Below are positions 40,701 to 52,700 of a stretch of 64,000 nt of DNA, piece by piece. Origin of the DNA: Auanema rhodensis (Eukaryota > Animalia > Nematoda); contig OZ059895.1 in assembly GCA_964057225.1 (NCBI GenBank), positions 11,408,001 through 11,472,000 on the forward strand. Reading direction: 5' to 3'. Both the position numbers and the translations under genes were made by a program. The notes under the pieces are model-generated. The model had not been told where the DNA came from, searched no databases, and saw only the letters and a list, made by a program, of their open reading frames with translations. Each line of letters begins with the position of its first letter. Position 1 is the first letter of the stretch.

Positions 40701-43700
40701 GTAAAGGTAAGATGATGGTTCATTAACTATTGGTTTATAACTGTAAGATAGAAATAATATTGAAGATAATTTGCTGCCTTGGGTTAAGCTATCTGAGTAA
40801 AACTGCTTGAAAATTGAAAACATTTGTTACAAAAGAGTTAAAATTGAAAATCAGCGGCATGGCGTACTTTCAACGTGGTATGGTCCTAAACGAAAATATC
40901 TGATATTCAATGATTCACATACTTATCCTCGTTATAGTTTTTTCCAATTTCATGTTAGTTACGTAATTTTCCACGTTCTATCTGGATCCCTCGATGATAT
41001 CAAATCTTATGAGTTCCAAATACAAGAAATTAAAAAAGGTTTCACAGTTGTATAGTGTTTAAACAATGTTTCTTTTGATAGAACATAGATAGAAACAGTG
41101 AAGGTAAGATGATGGTTCATTAACTAATGGTTTATAACTGTAAGATAGAAATAAGATTGAAGATAATTTGCTGCCTTGGGTTGAGCTATCTAAGTAAAAC
41201 TGTTTGAAAATTCAAACATTTGTTACAGAAGAGTTAAAATTGAAAATCAGCCGCATGCCGTACTTTCAACGTGGTATGGTCCTAAGCGAAAATATCTGAT
41301 ATTCAATGTTTCACATACTTATCCTCGTCATAATTTTTTCCCAATTTCATGTTAGTTATGTAATTTTCCACATTCTATCTGGAACCCTCAATGATATCAA
41401 ATCTTATGAGCTCCAAATACAAGAAATTAAAAAAGGTTTCACAGTTGTATAGTGTTTGAACAAAGTTGCTTTCGATAGGAAATAGATAGAAACAGTAAAG
41501 GTAAGATGATGGTTCATTAACTAATGGTTTATAACTGTAAGATAGAAATAAGATTGAAGATAATTTGCTGCCTTGGGTTGAGCTATCTAAGTAAAACTGC
41601 TTGAAAATTGAAAACATTTGTTACAGAAGAGTTAAAATTGAAAATCAGCCGCATGCCGTACTTTCAACGTGGTATGGTCCTAAGCGAAAATATCTGATAT
41701 TCAATGTTTCACATACTTATCCTCGTTATAATTTTTTCCCAATTTCATGTTAGTTATGTAATTTTCCACGTTCTATCTGGATCCCTTAATGATATCAAAT
41801 CTTATGAGCTCCAAATACAAGAAATTTAAAAAGGTTTCACAGTTGTATAGTTTTTGAACAAAGTTGGTTTTGATATGAAATAGATAGAAACGGTAAGGGT
41901 AAGATGATGGTTCATTAACTATTGGTTTATAACTGTAAGATAGAAATAATATTGAAGATGAATTGCTGCCTTGGGTTGAGCTATCTAAGTAAAACTGCTT
42001 GAAAATTGAAGACATTTGTTACAAAAGAGTTAAAATTGAAAATCAGCGGCATGGCGTACTTACAACGTGGTATAGTTGTAAGCAAAAATATCTGATATTC
42101 AATGATTTACATACTTATCCTCGTTATAATTTTTTCCCAATTTCATGTTAGTTATGTAATTTTCCACGTTCTATCTGGATCCCTTAATGATATCAAATCT
42201 TATGAGCTCCAAATACAAGAAATTAAAAAAGGTTTCACAGTTGTATAGTTTTTGAACAAAGTTGGTTTCGATATGAAATAGATAGAAACGGTAAGGGTAA
42301 GATGATGGTTCATTAACTATTGGTTTATAACTGTAAGATAGAAATAATATTGAAGATGAATTGCTGCCTTGGGTTGAGCTATCTAAGTAAAACTGCTTGA
42401 AAATTGAAAACATATGTTACAAAAGAGTTAAAATTGAAAATCAGCGGCATGGCGTACTTACAACGTGGTATAGTTGTAAGCAAAAATATCTGATATTCAA
42501 TGATTTACATACTTATCCTCGTTATAATTTTTTCCCAATTTCATGTTAGTTATGTAATTTTCCACGTTCTATCTGGATCCCTTAATGATATCAAATCTTA
42601 TGAGCTTCAAATACAAGAAATTAAAAAAGGTTTCACAGTTGTATAGTTTTTGAACAAAGTTGGTTTCGATAGGAAATAGATAGAAACAGTAAAGGTAAGA
42701 TGATGGTTCATTAACTATTGGTTTATAACTGTAAGATAGAAATAATATTGAAGATAATTTGCTGCCTTGGGTTAAGCTATCTGAGTAAAACTGCTTGAAA
42801 ATTGAAAACATTTGTTACAAAAGAGTTAAAATTGAAAATCAGCGGCATGGCGTACTTTCAACGTGGTATGGTCCTAAGCAAAAATATCTGATATTCAATG
42901 ATTCACATACTTATCCTCGTTATAGTTTTTTCCAATTTCATGTTAGTTACGTAATTTTCCACGTTCTATCTGGATCCCTCAATGATATCAAATCTTATGA
43001 GCTCCAAATACAAGAAATTAAAAAAGGCTTCTCAGTTGTATAGTGTTTGAACAAAGTTGGTTTTGATAGGAAATAGATAGAAATAGTAAAGGTAAGATGA
43101 TGGTTCATTAACTAATGGTTTATAACTGTAAGATAGAAATAAGATTGAAGATAATTTGCTGCCTTGGGTTGAGCTATCTAAGTAAAACTGCTTGAAAATT
43201 GAAAACATTTGTTACAGAAGAGTTAAAATTGAAAATCAGCCGCATGCCGTACTTTCAACGTGGTATGGTCCTAAGCGAAAATATCTGATATTCAATGTTT
43301 CACATACTTATCCTCGTTATAATTTTTTCCCAATTTCATGTTAGTTATGTAATTTTCCACGTTCTATCTGGATCCCTTAATGATATCAAATCTTATGAGC
43401 TCCAAATACAAGAAATTAAAAAAGGTTTCACAGTTGTATAGTTTTTGAACAAAGTTGGTTTTGATATGAAATAGATAGAAACGGTAAGGGTAAGATGATG
43501 GTTCATTAACTATTGGTTTATAACTGTAAGATAGAAATAATATTGAAGATGAATTGCTGCCTTGGGTTGAGCTATCTAAGTAAAACTGCTTGAAAATTGA
43601 AAACATTTGTTACAAAAGAGTTAAAATTGAAAATCAGCGGCATGGCGTACTTACAACGTGGTATAGTTGTAAGCAAAAATATCTGATATTCAATGATTTA

Positions 43701-45959
43701 CATACTTATCCTCGTTATAATTTTTTCCCAATTTCATGTTAGTTATGTAATTTTCCACGTTCTATCTGGATCCCTTAATGATATCAAATCTTATGAGCTC
43801 CAAATACAAGAAATTAAAAAAGGTTTCACAGTTGTATAGTTTTTGAACAAAGTTGGTTTCGATATGAAATAGATAGAAACGGTAAGGGTAAGATGATGGT
43901 TCATTAACTATTGGTTTATAACTGTAAGATAGAAATAATATTGAAGATGAATTGCTGCCTTGGGTTGAGCTATCTAAGTAAAACTGCTTGAAAATTGAAA
44001 ACATATGTTACAAAAGAGTTAAAATTGAAAATCAGCGGCATGGCGTACTTACAACGTGGTATAGTTGTAAGCAAAAATATCTGATATTCAATGATTTATA
44101 TAATTATCCTCGTTATAATTTTTTCCCAATTTCATGTTAGTTATGTAATTTTCCACGTTCTATCTGGATCCCTTAATGATATCAAATCTTATGAGCTTCA
44201 AATACAAGAAATTAAAAAAGGTTTCACAGTTGTATAGTTTTTGAACAAAGTTGGTTTCGATAGGAAATAGATAGAAACGGTAAGGGTAAGATGATGGTTC
44301 ATTAACTATTGGTTTATAACTGTAAGATAGAAATAATATTGAAGATAAATTGCTGCCTTGGGTTGAGCTATCTAAGTAAAACTGCTTGAAAATTGAAAAC
44401 ATTTGTTACAAAAGAGTTAAAATCGAAAATCAGCGGCATGGCGTACTTTCAACGTGGTATGGTCCTAAGCGAAAATATCTGATATTCAATGATTGACATA
44501 CTTATCCTCGTTATAGTTTTTTCCAATTTCATGTTAGTTACGTAATTTTCCACGTTCTATCTGGATCCCTTAATGATATCAAATCTTATGAGCTTCAAAT
44601 ACAAGAAATTAAAAAAGGTTTCACAGTTGTATAGTTTTTGAACAAAGTTGGTTTCGATAGGAAATAGATAGAAACAGTAAAGGTAAGATGATGGTTCATT
44701 AACTATTGGTTTATAACTGTAAGATAGAAATAATATTGAAGATAATTTGCTGCCTTGGGTTAAGCTATCTGAGTAAAACTGCTTGAAAATTGAAAACATT
44801 TGTTACAAAAGAGTTAAAATTGAAAATCAGCGGCATGGCGTTCTTTCAACGTGGTATGGTCCTAAGCGAAAATATCTGATATTCAATGATTCACATACTT
44901 ATCCTCGTTATAGTTTTTTCCAATTTCATGTTAGCTACGTAATTTTCCACGTTCTATCTGGATCCCTCGATGATATCAAATCTTATGAGTTCCAAATACA
45001 AGAAATTAAAAAAGGTTTCACAGTTGTATAGTGTTTAAACAATGTTTCTTTTGATAGAAAATAGATAGAAACAGTGAAGGTAAGATGATGGTTCATTAAC
45101 TAATGGTTTATAACTGTAAGATAGAAATAAGATTGAAGATAATTTGCTGCCTTGGGTTGAGCTATCTAAGTAAAACTGTTTGAAAATTCAAACATTTGTT
45201 ACAGAAGAGTTAAAATTGAAAATCAGCCGCATGCCGTACTTTCAACGTGGTATGGTCCTAAGCGAAAATATCTGATATTCAATGTTTCACATACTTATCC
45301 TCGTCATAATTTTTTCCCAATTTCATGTTAGTTATGTAATTTTCCACATTCTATCTGGATCCCTCAATGATATCAAATCTTATGAGCTCCAAATACAAGA
45401 AATTAAAAAAGGTTTCACAGTTGTATAGTGTTTGAACAAAGTTGCTTTCGATAGGAAATAGATAGAAACAGTGAAGGTAAGATGATGGTTCATTAACTAT
45501 TGGTTTATAACTGTAAGATAGAAATAATATTGAAGATAATTTGCGGCCTTGGGTTGAGCTTTCTAAGTAAAACTGCTTGAAAATTGAAAACATTTGTTAC
45601 AGAAGAGTTAAAATTGAAAATCAGCCGCATGCCGTACTTTCAACGTGGTATGGTCCTAAGCGAAAATATCTGATATTCAATGTTTCACATACTTATCCTC
45701 GTTATAATTTTTTCCCAATTTCATGTTAGTTATGTAATTTTCCACGTTCTATCTGGATCCCTCGATGATATCAAATCTTATGAGTTCCAAATAAAAAAAA
45801 TTAAAAAAGGTTCCACAGTTGTATAGTGTTTAAACAATGTTTCTTTTGATAGAAAATAGATAGAAACAGTGAAGGTAAGATGATGGTTCATTAACTAATG
45901 GTTTATAACTGTAAGATAGAAATAAGATTGAAGATAATTTGCTGCCTTGGGTTGAGCTA
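31745..45959 (-). repeat. Satellite block 2, inverted orientation (~14.2 kb, ~36 monomers), subfamily A
   Basis: The sequence is the reverse complement of the monomer (CTATCTGGATCC..., GAAAATTGAAAACAT). The 80-aa ORFs switch to the - strand from 31834 to 45593. Confidence 0.97.
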
Positions 45960-45975
45960 ACTAAAACTATACAAC
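45950..45975. other. Orientation switch (- to +)
   Basis: The junction reads GGTTGAGCTA-ACT-AAAACTATACAACTG. The reverse monomer normally continues GAGCTATCTAAGTAAAACTGC, and the forward monomer normally reads GTTCAAAAACTATACAACTG. Confidence 0.92.
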
Positions 45976-46632
45976 TGTGAAACCTTCTTTAATTTCTTGT
46001 ATTTGGAGCTCATAAGCTTTGATATCATTGAGGAATCCAGATAGAACGTGGAAAATTACGTAACTAACATGAAATTGGAAGAAACTATAACGAGGATAAG
46101 TATGTGAAACATTGAATATCAGATATTTTCGCTTAGGACCATACCACGTTGAAAGTACGCCATGCCGCTGATTTTCAATTTTAACTCTTTTGTAACAAAT
46201 GTTTTCAATTTTTAAGCAGTTTTACTCAGATAGCTCAACCGAAGGCAGCAAATTATCTTCAATCTTATTTCTATCTTACAGTTATAAACCATTAGTTAAT
46301 GAACCATCATCTTACCTTTACTATTTCTATCTATTTCCTATCAAAACCAACTTTGTTCAAACACTATACAACTGTGAAACCTTTTTTAATTACTTGTATT
46401 TGGAGCTCATAAGATTTGATATCATTGAGGGATCCAGATAGAACGTGGAAAATTACATAACTACCATGAAATTGGGAAAAAATTGTAACGAGGATAAGTA
46501 TGTAAATCATTGAATATCAGATATTTTTGCTTAGGACCATACCACGTTGAAAGTACGCCATGCCGCTGATTTTCAATTTAAACTCTTTTGTAACAAATGT
46601 TTTCAATTTTCAAGCAGTTTTACTCAGATAGC

Positions 46633-46748
46633 TTAACCCAAGGCAGCAAATTATCTTCAATATTATTTCTATCTTACAGTTATAAACCAATAGTTAATGA
46701 ACCATCATCTTACCTTTACTGTTTCTATCTATTTCCTATCGAAACCAA
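46633..46748 (+). repeat. Truncated ~116-bp monomer (~282 bp missing), junction at 46748/46749
   Basis: The junction reads CCTATCGAAACCAA|TCAACCCAAGGC. ORF starts 46597 and 47111 are 514 = 398+116 bp apart. Confidence 0.93.
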
Positions 46749-49700
46749 TCAACCCAAGGCAGCAATTCATCTTCAATATTATTTCTATCTTACAGTTATA
46801 AACCAATAGTTAATGAATCATCATCTTGCCCTTACCGTTTCTATCTCTTTCCTATCGAAACCAACTTTGTTCAAAAACTATACAACTGTGAAACCTTTTT
46901 TAATTTCTTGTATTTGGAGCTCATAAGATTTGATATCATTGAGGGATCCAGATAGAACGTGGAAAATTACATAACTACCATGAAATTGGGAACAAATTGT
47001 AACGAGGATAAGTATGTAAATCATTGAATATCAGATATTTTCGCTTACGACCATACCACGTTAAAAGTACGCCATGCCGCTGATTTTCAATTTTAACTCT
47101 TCTGTAACGAATGTTTTCAATTTTCAAGCAGTTTTACTTAGAAAGCTCAACCCAAAGCAGCAAATTATCTTCAATATTATTTCTATCTTACAGTTATAAA
47201 CCAGTAGTGAATGAACCATCATCTTACCCTTACCGTTTCTATCTATTTCCTATCGAAACCAACTTTGTTCAAAAACTATACAACTGTGAAACCTTTTTTA
47301 ATTTCTTGTATTTGGAGCTCATAAGATTTGATATCATTGAGGGATCCAGATAGAACGTGGAAAATTACATAACTACCATGAAATTGGGAAAAAATTGTAA
47401 CGAGGATAAGTATGTAAATCATTGAATATCAGATATTTTCGCTTAGGACCATACCACGTTGAAAGTACGCCATGCCGCTGATTTTCAATTTTAACTCTTT
47501 TGTAACAAATGTTTTCAATTTTCAAGCAGTTTTACTCAGATAGCTCAACCCAAGGCAGCAAATTATCTTCAATATTATTTCTATCTTACAGTTATAAACC
47601 AATAGTTAATGAACCATCATCTTACCCTTACCGTTTCTATCTATTTCCTATCGAAACCAACTTTGTTCAAAAACTATACAACAGTGAAACCTTTTTTAAT
47701 TTCTTGTATTTGGAGCTCATAAGATTTGATATCATTGAGGGATCCAGATAGAACGTGGAAAATTACATAACTACCATGAAATTGGAAAAAAAAATTGTAA
47801 CGAGGATAAGTATGTAAATCATTGAATATCAGATATTTTCGCTTAGGACCATACCACGTTGAAAGTACGCCATGCCGCTGATTTTCAATTTTAACTCTTT
47901 TGTAACAAATGTTTTCAATTTTTAAGCAGTTTTACTTAGATAGCTCAACCCAAGGCAGCAAATTATCTTCAATCTTTTTTCTATCTTACAGTTATAAACC
48001 AGTAGTGAATAAACCATCATCTTACCCGTACCGTTTCTATCTATTTCCTATCGAAAGCAACTTTGTTCAAAAACTATACAACTGTGAAACCTTTTTTAAT
48101 TTCTTGTATTTGGAGCTCATAAGCTTTGATATCATTGAGGAATCCAGATAGAACGTGGAAAATTACGTAACTAACATGAAATTGGAAGAAACTATAACGA
48201 GGATAAGTATGTGAAACATTGAATATCAGATATTTTCGCTTAGGACCATACCACGTTGAAAGTACGCCATGCCGCTGATTTTCAATTTTAACTCTTTTGT
48301 AACAAATGTTTTCAATTTTTAAGCAGTTTTACTTAGATAGCTCAACCCAAGGCAGCAAATTATCTTCAATATTATTTCTATCTTACAGTTATAAACCAAT
48401 AGTTAATGAACCATCATCTTACTCTCACTGTTTCTATCTATTTCGTATCAAAAGAAACATTGTTTAAACACTATACAACTGTGAAACCTTTTTTAATTTC
48501 TTGTATTTGGAGCTCATAAGATTTGATATCATTGAGGGATCCAGATAGAACGTGGAAAATTACATAACTACCATGAAATTGGGAAAAAATTGTAACGAGG
48601 ATAAGTATGTAAATCATTGAATATCAGATATTTTTGCTTAGGACCATACCACGTTGAAAGTACGCCATGCCGCTGATTTTCAATTTTAACTCTTCTGTAA
48701 CAAATGTTTTCAATTTTCAAGCAGTTTTACTCAGATAGCTTAACCCAAGGCAGCAAATTATCTTCAATATTATTTCTATCTTACAGTTATAAACCAATAG
48801 TTAATGAACCATCATCTTACCCTTACCGTTTCTATCTATTTCCTATCGAAAGCAACTTTGTTCAAAAACTATACAACTGTGAAACCTTTTTCAATTTCTT
48901 GTATTTGGAGCTCATAAGCTTTGATATCATTGAGGAATCCAGATAGAACGTGGAAAATTACGTAACTAACATGAAATTGGAAGAAACTATAACGAGGATA
49001 AGTATGTGAAACATTGAATATCAGATATTTTCGCTTAGGACCATACCACGTTGAAAGTACGCCATGCCGCTGATTTTCAATTTTAACTTTTTTGTAACAA
49101 ATGTTTTCAATTTTTAAGCAGTTTTACTTAGGTAGCTCAACCCAAGGCAGCAAATTATCTTCAATATTATTTCTATCTTACAGTTATAAACCAATAGTTT
49201 ATGAATCATCATCTTACCCTTACCGTTTCTATCTATTTCCTATCGAAACCAACTTTGTTCAAAAACTATACAACTGTGAAACCTTTTTTAATTTATTGTA
49301 TTTGGAGCTCATAAGATTTGATATCATTGAGGGATCCAGATAGAACGTGGAAAATTACATAACTACCATGAAATTGGGAAAAATTGTAACGAGGATAAGT
49401 ATGTAAATAATTGAATATCAGATATTTTCGCTTACGACCATACCACGTTAAAAGTACGCCATGCCGCTGATTTTCAATTTTAACTCTTCTGTAACGAATG
49501 TTTTCAATTTTCAAGCAGTTTTACTTAGAAAGCTCAACCCAAGGCCGCAAATTATCTTCAATATTATTTCTATCTTACAGTTATAAACCAATAGTTAATG
49601 AACCATCATCTTACCTTTACTGTTTCTATCTATTTCCTATCGAAAGCAACTTTGTTCAAACACTATACAACTGTGAAACCTTTTTTAATTTCTTGTATTT

Positions 49701-52700
49701 GGAGCTCATAAGATTTGATATCATTGAGGGATCCAGATAGAACGTGGAAAATTACATAACTACCATGAAATTGAGAAAAAATTGTAACGAGGATAAGTAT
49801 GTAAATCATTGAATATCAGATATTTTCGCTTAGGACCATACCACGTTGAAAGTACGCCATGCCGCTGATTTTCAATTTTAACTCTTTTGTAACAAATGTT
49901 CTCAATTTTCAAGCAGTTTTACTTAGATAGCTCAACCCAAGGCAGCAAATTATCTTCAATCTTTTTTCTATCTTACAGTTATAAACCAGTAGTGAATGAA
50001 CCATCATCTTACCCTTACCGTTTCTATCTATTTCCTATCGAAACCAACTTTGTTCAAAAACTATACAACTGTGAAACCTTTTTTAATTTCTTGTATTTGG
50101 AGCTCATAAGATTTGATATCATTGAGGGATCCAGATAGAACGTGGAAAATTACGTAACTAACATGAAATTGGAAAAAACTATAACGAGGATAAGTATGTA
50201 AATCATTGAATATCAGATATTTTCGCTTACGACCATACCACGTTGAAAGTACGCCATGCCGCTGATTTTCAATTTTAACTCTTCTGTAACAAATGTTTTC
50301 AATTTTCAAGCAGGTTTACTTAGATAGCTCAACCCAAGGCAGCAATTTATCTTCAATATTATTTCTGTCTTACAGTTATAAACCAATAGTTTATGAATCA
50401 TCATCTTACCCTTACCGTTTCTATCTATTTCCTATCGAAACCAACTTTGTTCAAAAACTATACAACTGTGAAACCTTTTTTAATTTCTTGTATTTGGAGC
50501 TCATAAGATTTGATATCATTGAGGGATCCAGATAGAACGTGGAAAATTACATAACTAACATGAAATTGGGAAAAAATTGTAACGAGGATAAGTATGTAAA
50601 TCATTGAATATCAGATATTTTCGCTTAGGACCATACCACGTTGAAAGTACGCCATGCCGCTGATTTTCAATTTTAACTCTTTTGTAACAAATGTTTTCAA
50701 TTTTTAAGCAGTTTTACTTAGATAGCTCAACCCAAGGCAGCAAATTATCTTCAATCTTTTTTCTATCTTACAGTTATAAACCAGTAGTGAATGAACCATC
50801 ATCTTACCCGTACCGTTTCTATCTATTTCCTATCGAAAGCAACTTTGTTCAAAAACTATACAACTGTTAAACCTTTTTTTAATTTCTTGTATTTGGAGCT
50901 CATAAGCTTTGATATCATTGAGGAATCCAGATAGAACGTGGAAAATTACGTAACTAACATGAAATTGGAAGAAACTATAACGAGGATAAGTATGTGAAAC
51001 ATTGAATATCAGATATTTTCGCTTAGGACCATACCACGTTGAAAGTACGCCATGCCGCTGATTTTCAATTTTAACTCTTTTGTAACAAATGTTTTCAATT
51101 TTTAAGCAGTTTTACTTAGATAGCTCAACCCAAGGCAGCAAATTATCTTCAATCTTTTTTCTATCTTACAGTTATAAACCAGTAGTGAATGAACCATCAT
51201 CTTACCCGTACCGTTTCTATCTATTTCCTATCGAAAGCAACTTTGTTCAAAAACTATACAACTGTGAAACCTTCTTTAATTTCTTGTATTTGGAGCTCAT
51301 AAGCTTTGATATCATTGAGGAATCCAGATAGAACGTGGAAAATTACGTAACTAACATGAAATTGGAAGAAACTATAACGAGGATAAGTATGTGAAACATT
51401 GAATATCAGATATATTCGCTTAGGACCATACCACGTTGAAAGTACGCCATGCCGCTGATTTTCAATTTTAACTCTTTTGTAACAAATGTTTTCAATTTTT
51501 AAGCAGTTTTACTCAGATAGCTCAACCCAAGGCAGCAAATTATCTTCAATATTATTTCTATCTCACAGTTATAAACCAATAGTTAATGAACCATCATCTT
51601 ACCTTTACTGTTTCTATCTATTTCCTATCAAAAGCAACTTTGTTCAAACACTATACAACTGTGAAACCTTTTTTAATTTCTTGTATTTGGAGCTCATAAG
51701 ATTTGATATCATTGAGGGATCCAGATAGAACGTGGAAAATTACATAACTACCATGAAATTGGGAAAAAATTGTAACGAGGATAAGTATGTAAATCATTGA
51801 ATATCAGATATTTTCGCTTAGGACCATACCACGTTGAAAGTACGCCATGCCGCTGATTTTCAATTTTAACTCTTTTGTAACAAATGTTTTCAATTTTTAA
51901 GCAGTTTTACTTAGATAGCTCAACCCAAGGCAGCAAATTATCTTCAATCTTTTTTCTATCTTACAGTTATAAACCAGTAGTGAATGAACCATCATCTTAC
52001 CCGTACCGTTTCTATCTATTTCCTATCGAAAGCAACTTTGTTCAAAAACTATACAACTGTGAAACCTTTTTTAATTTCTTGTATTTGGAGCTCATAAGCT
52101 TTGATATCATTGAGGAATCCAGATAGAACGTGGAAAATTACGTAACTAACATGAAATTGGAAGAAACTATAACGAGGATAAGTATGTGAAACATTGAATA
52201 TCAGATATTTTCGCTTAGGACCATACCACGTTGAAAGTACGCCATGCCGCTGATTTTCAATTTTAACTCTTTTGTAACAAATGTTTTCAATTTTTAAGCA
52301 GTTTTACTTAGATAGCTCAAACCTAGGCAGCAAATTATCTTCAATATTATTTCTATCTTACAGTTATAAACCAATAGTTAATGAACCATCATCTTACCCT
52401 TACCGTTTCTATCTATTTCCTATCGAAACCAACTCTGTTCAAAAACTATACAACTGTGAAACCTTTTTTAATTTCTTGTATTTGGAGCTCATAAGATTTG
52501 ATATCATTGAGGGATCCAGATAGAACGTGGGAAATTACGTAACTAACATGAAATTGGGAAAAAATTATAACGAGGATAAGTATGTAAATCATTGAATATC
52601 AGATATTTTCGCTTACGACCATACCACGTTAAAAGTACGCCATGCCGCTGATTTTCAATTTTAACTCTTCTGTAACAAATGTTTTCAATTTTCAAGCAGT

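Noticed and set aside
31745-45959. Inverted block as a transposon, an invertible switch or an assembly chimera
   Set aside because: There are no terminal repeats, target-site duplication or recombinase, and the ends are non-reciprocal. Private variants in the arm argue against a fold-back read chimera, although a mis-join cannot be excluded without reads.
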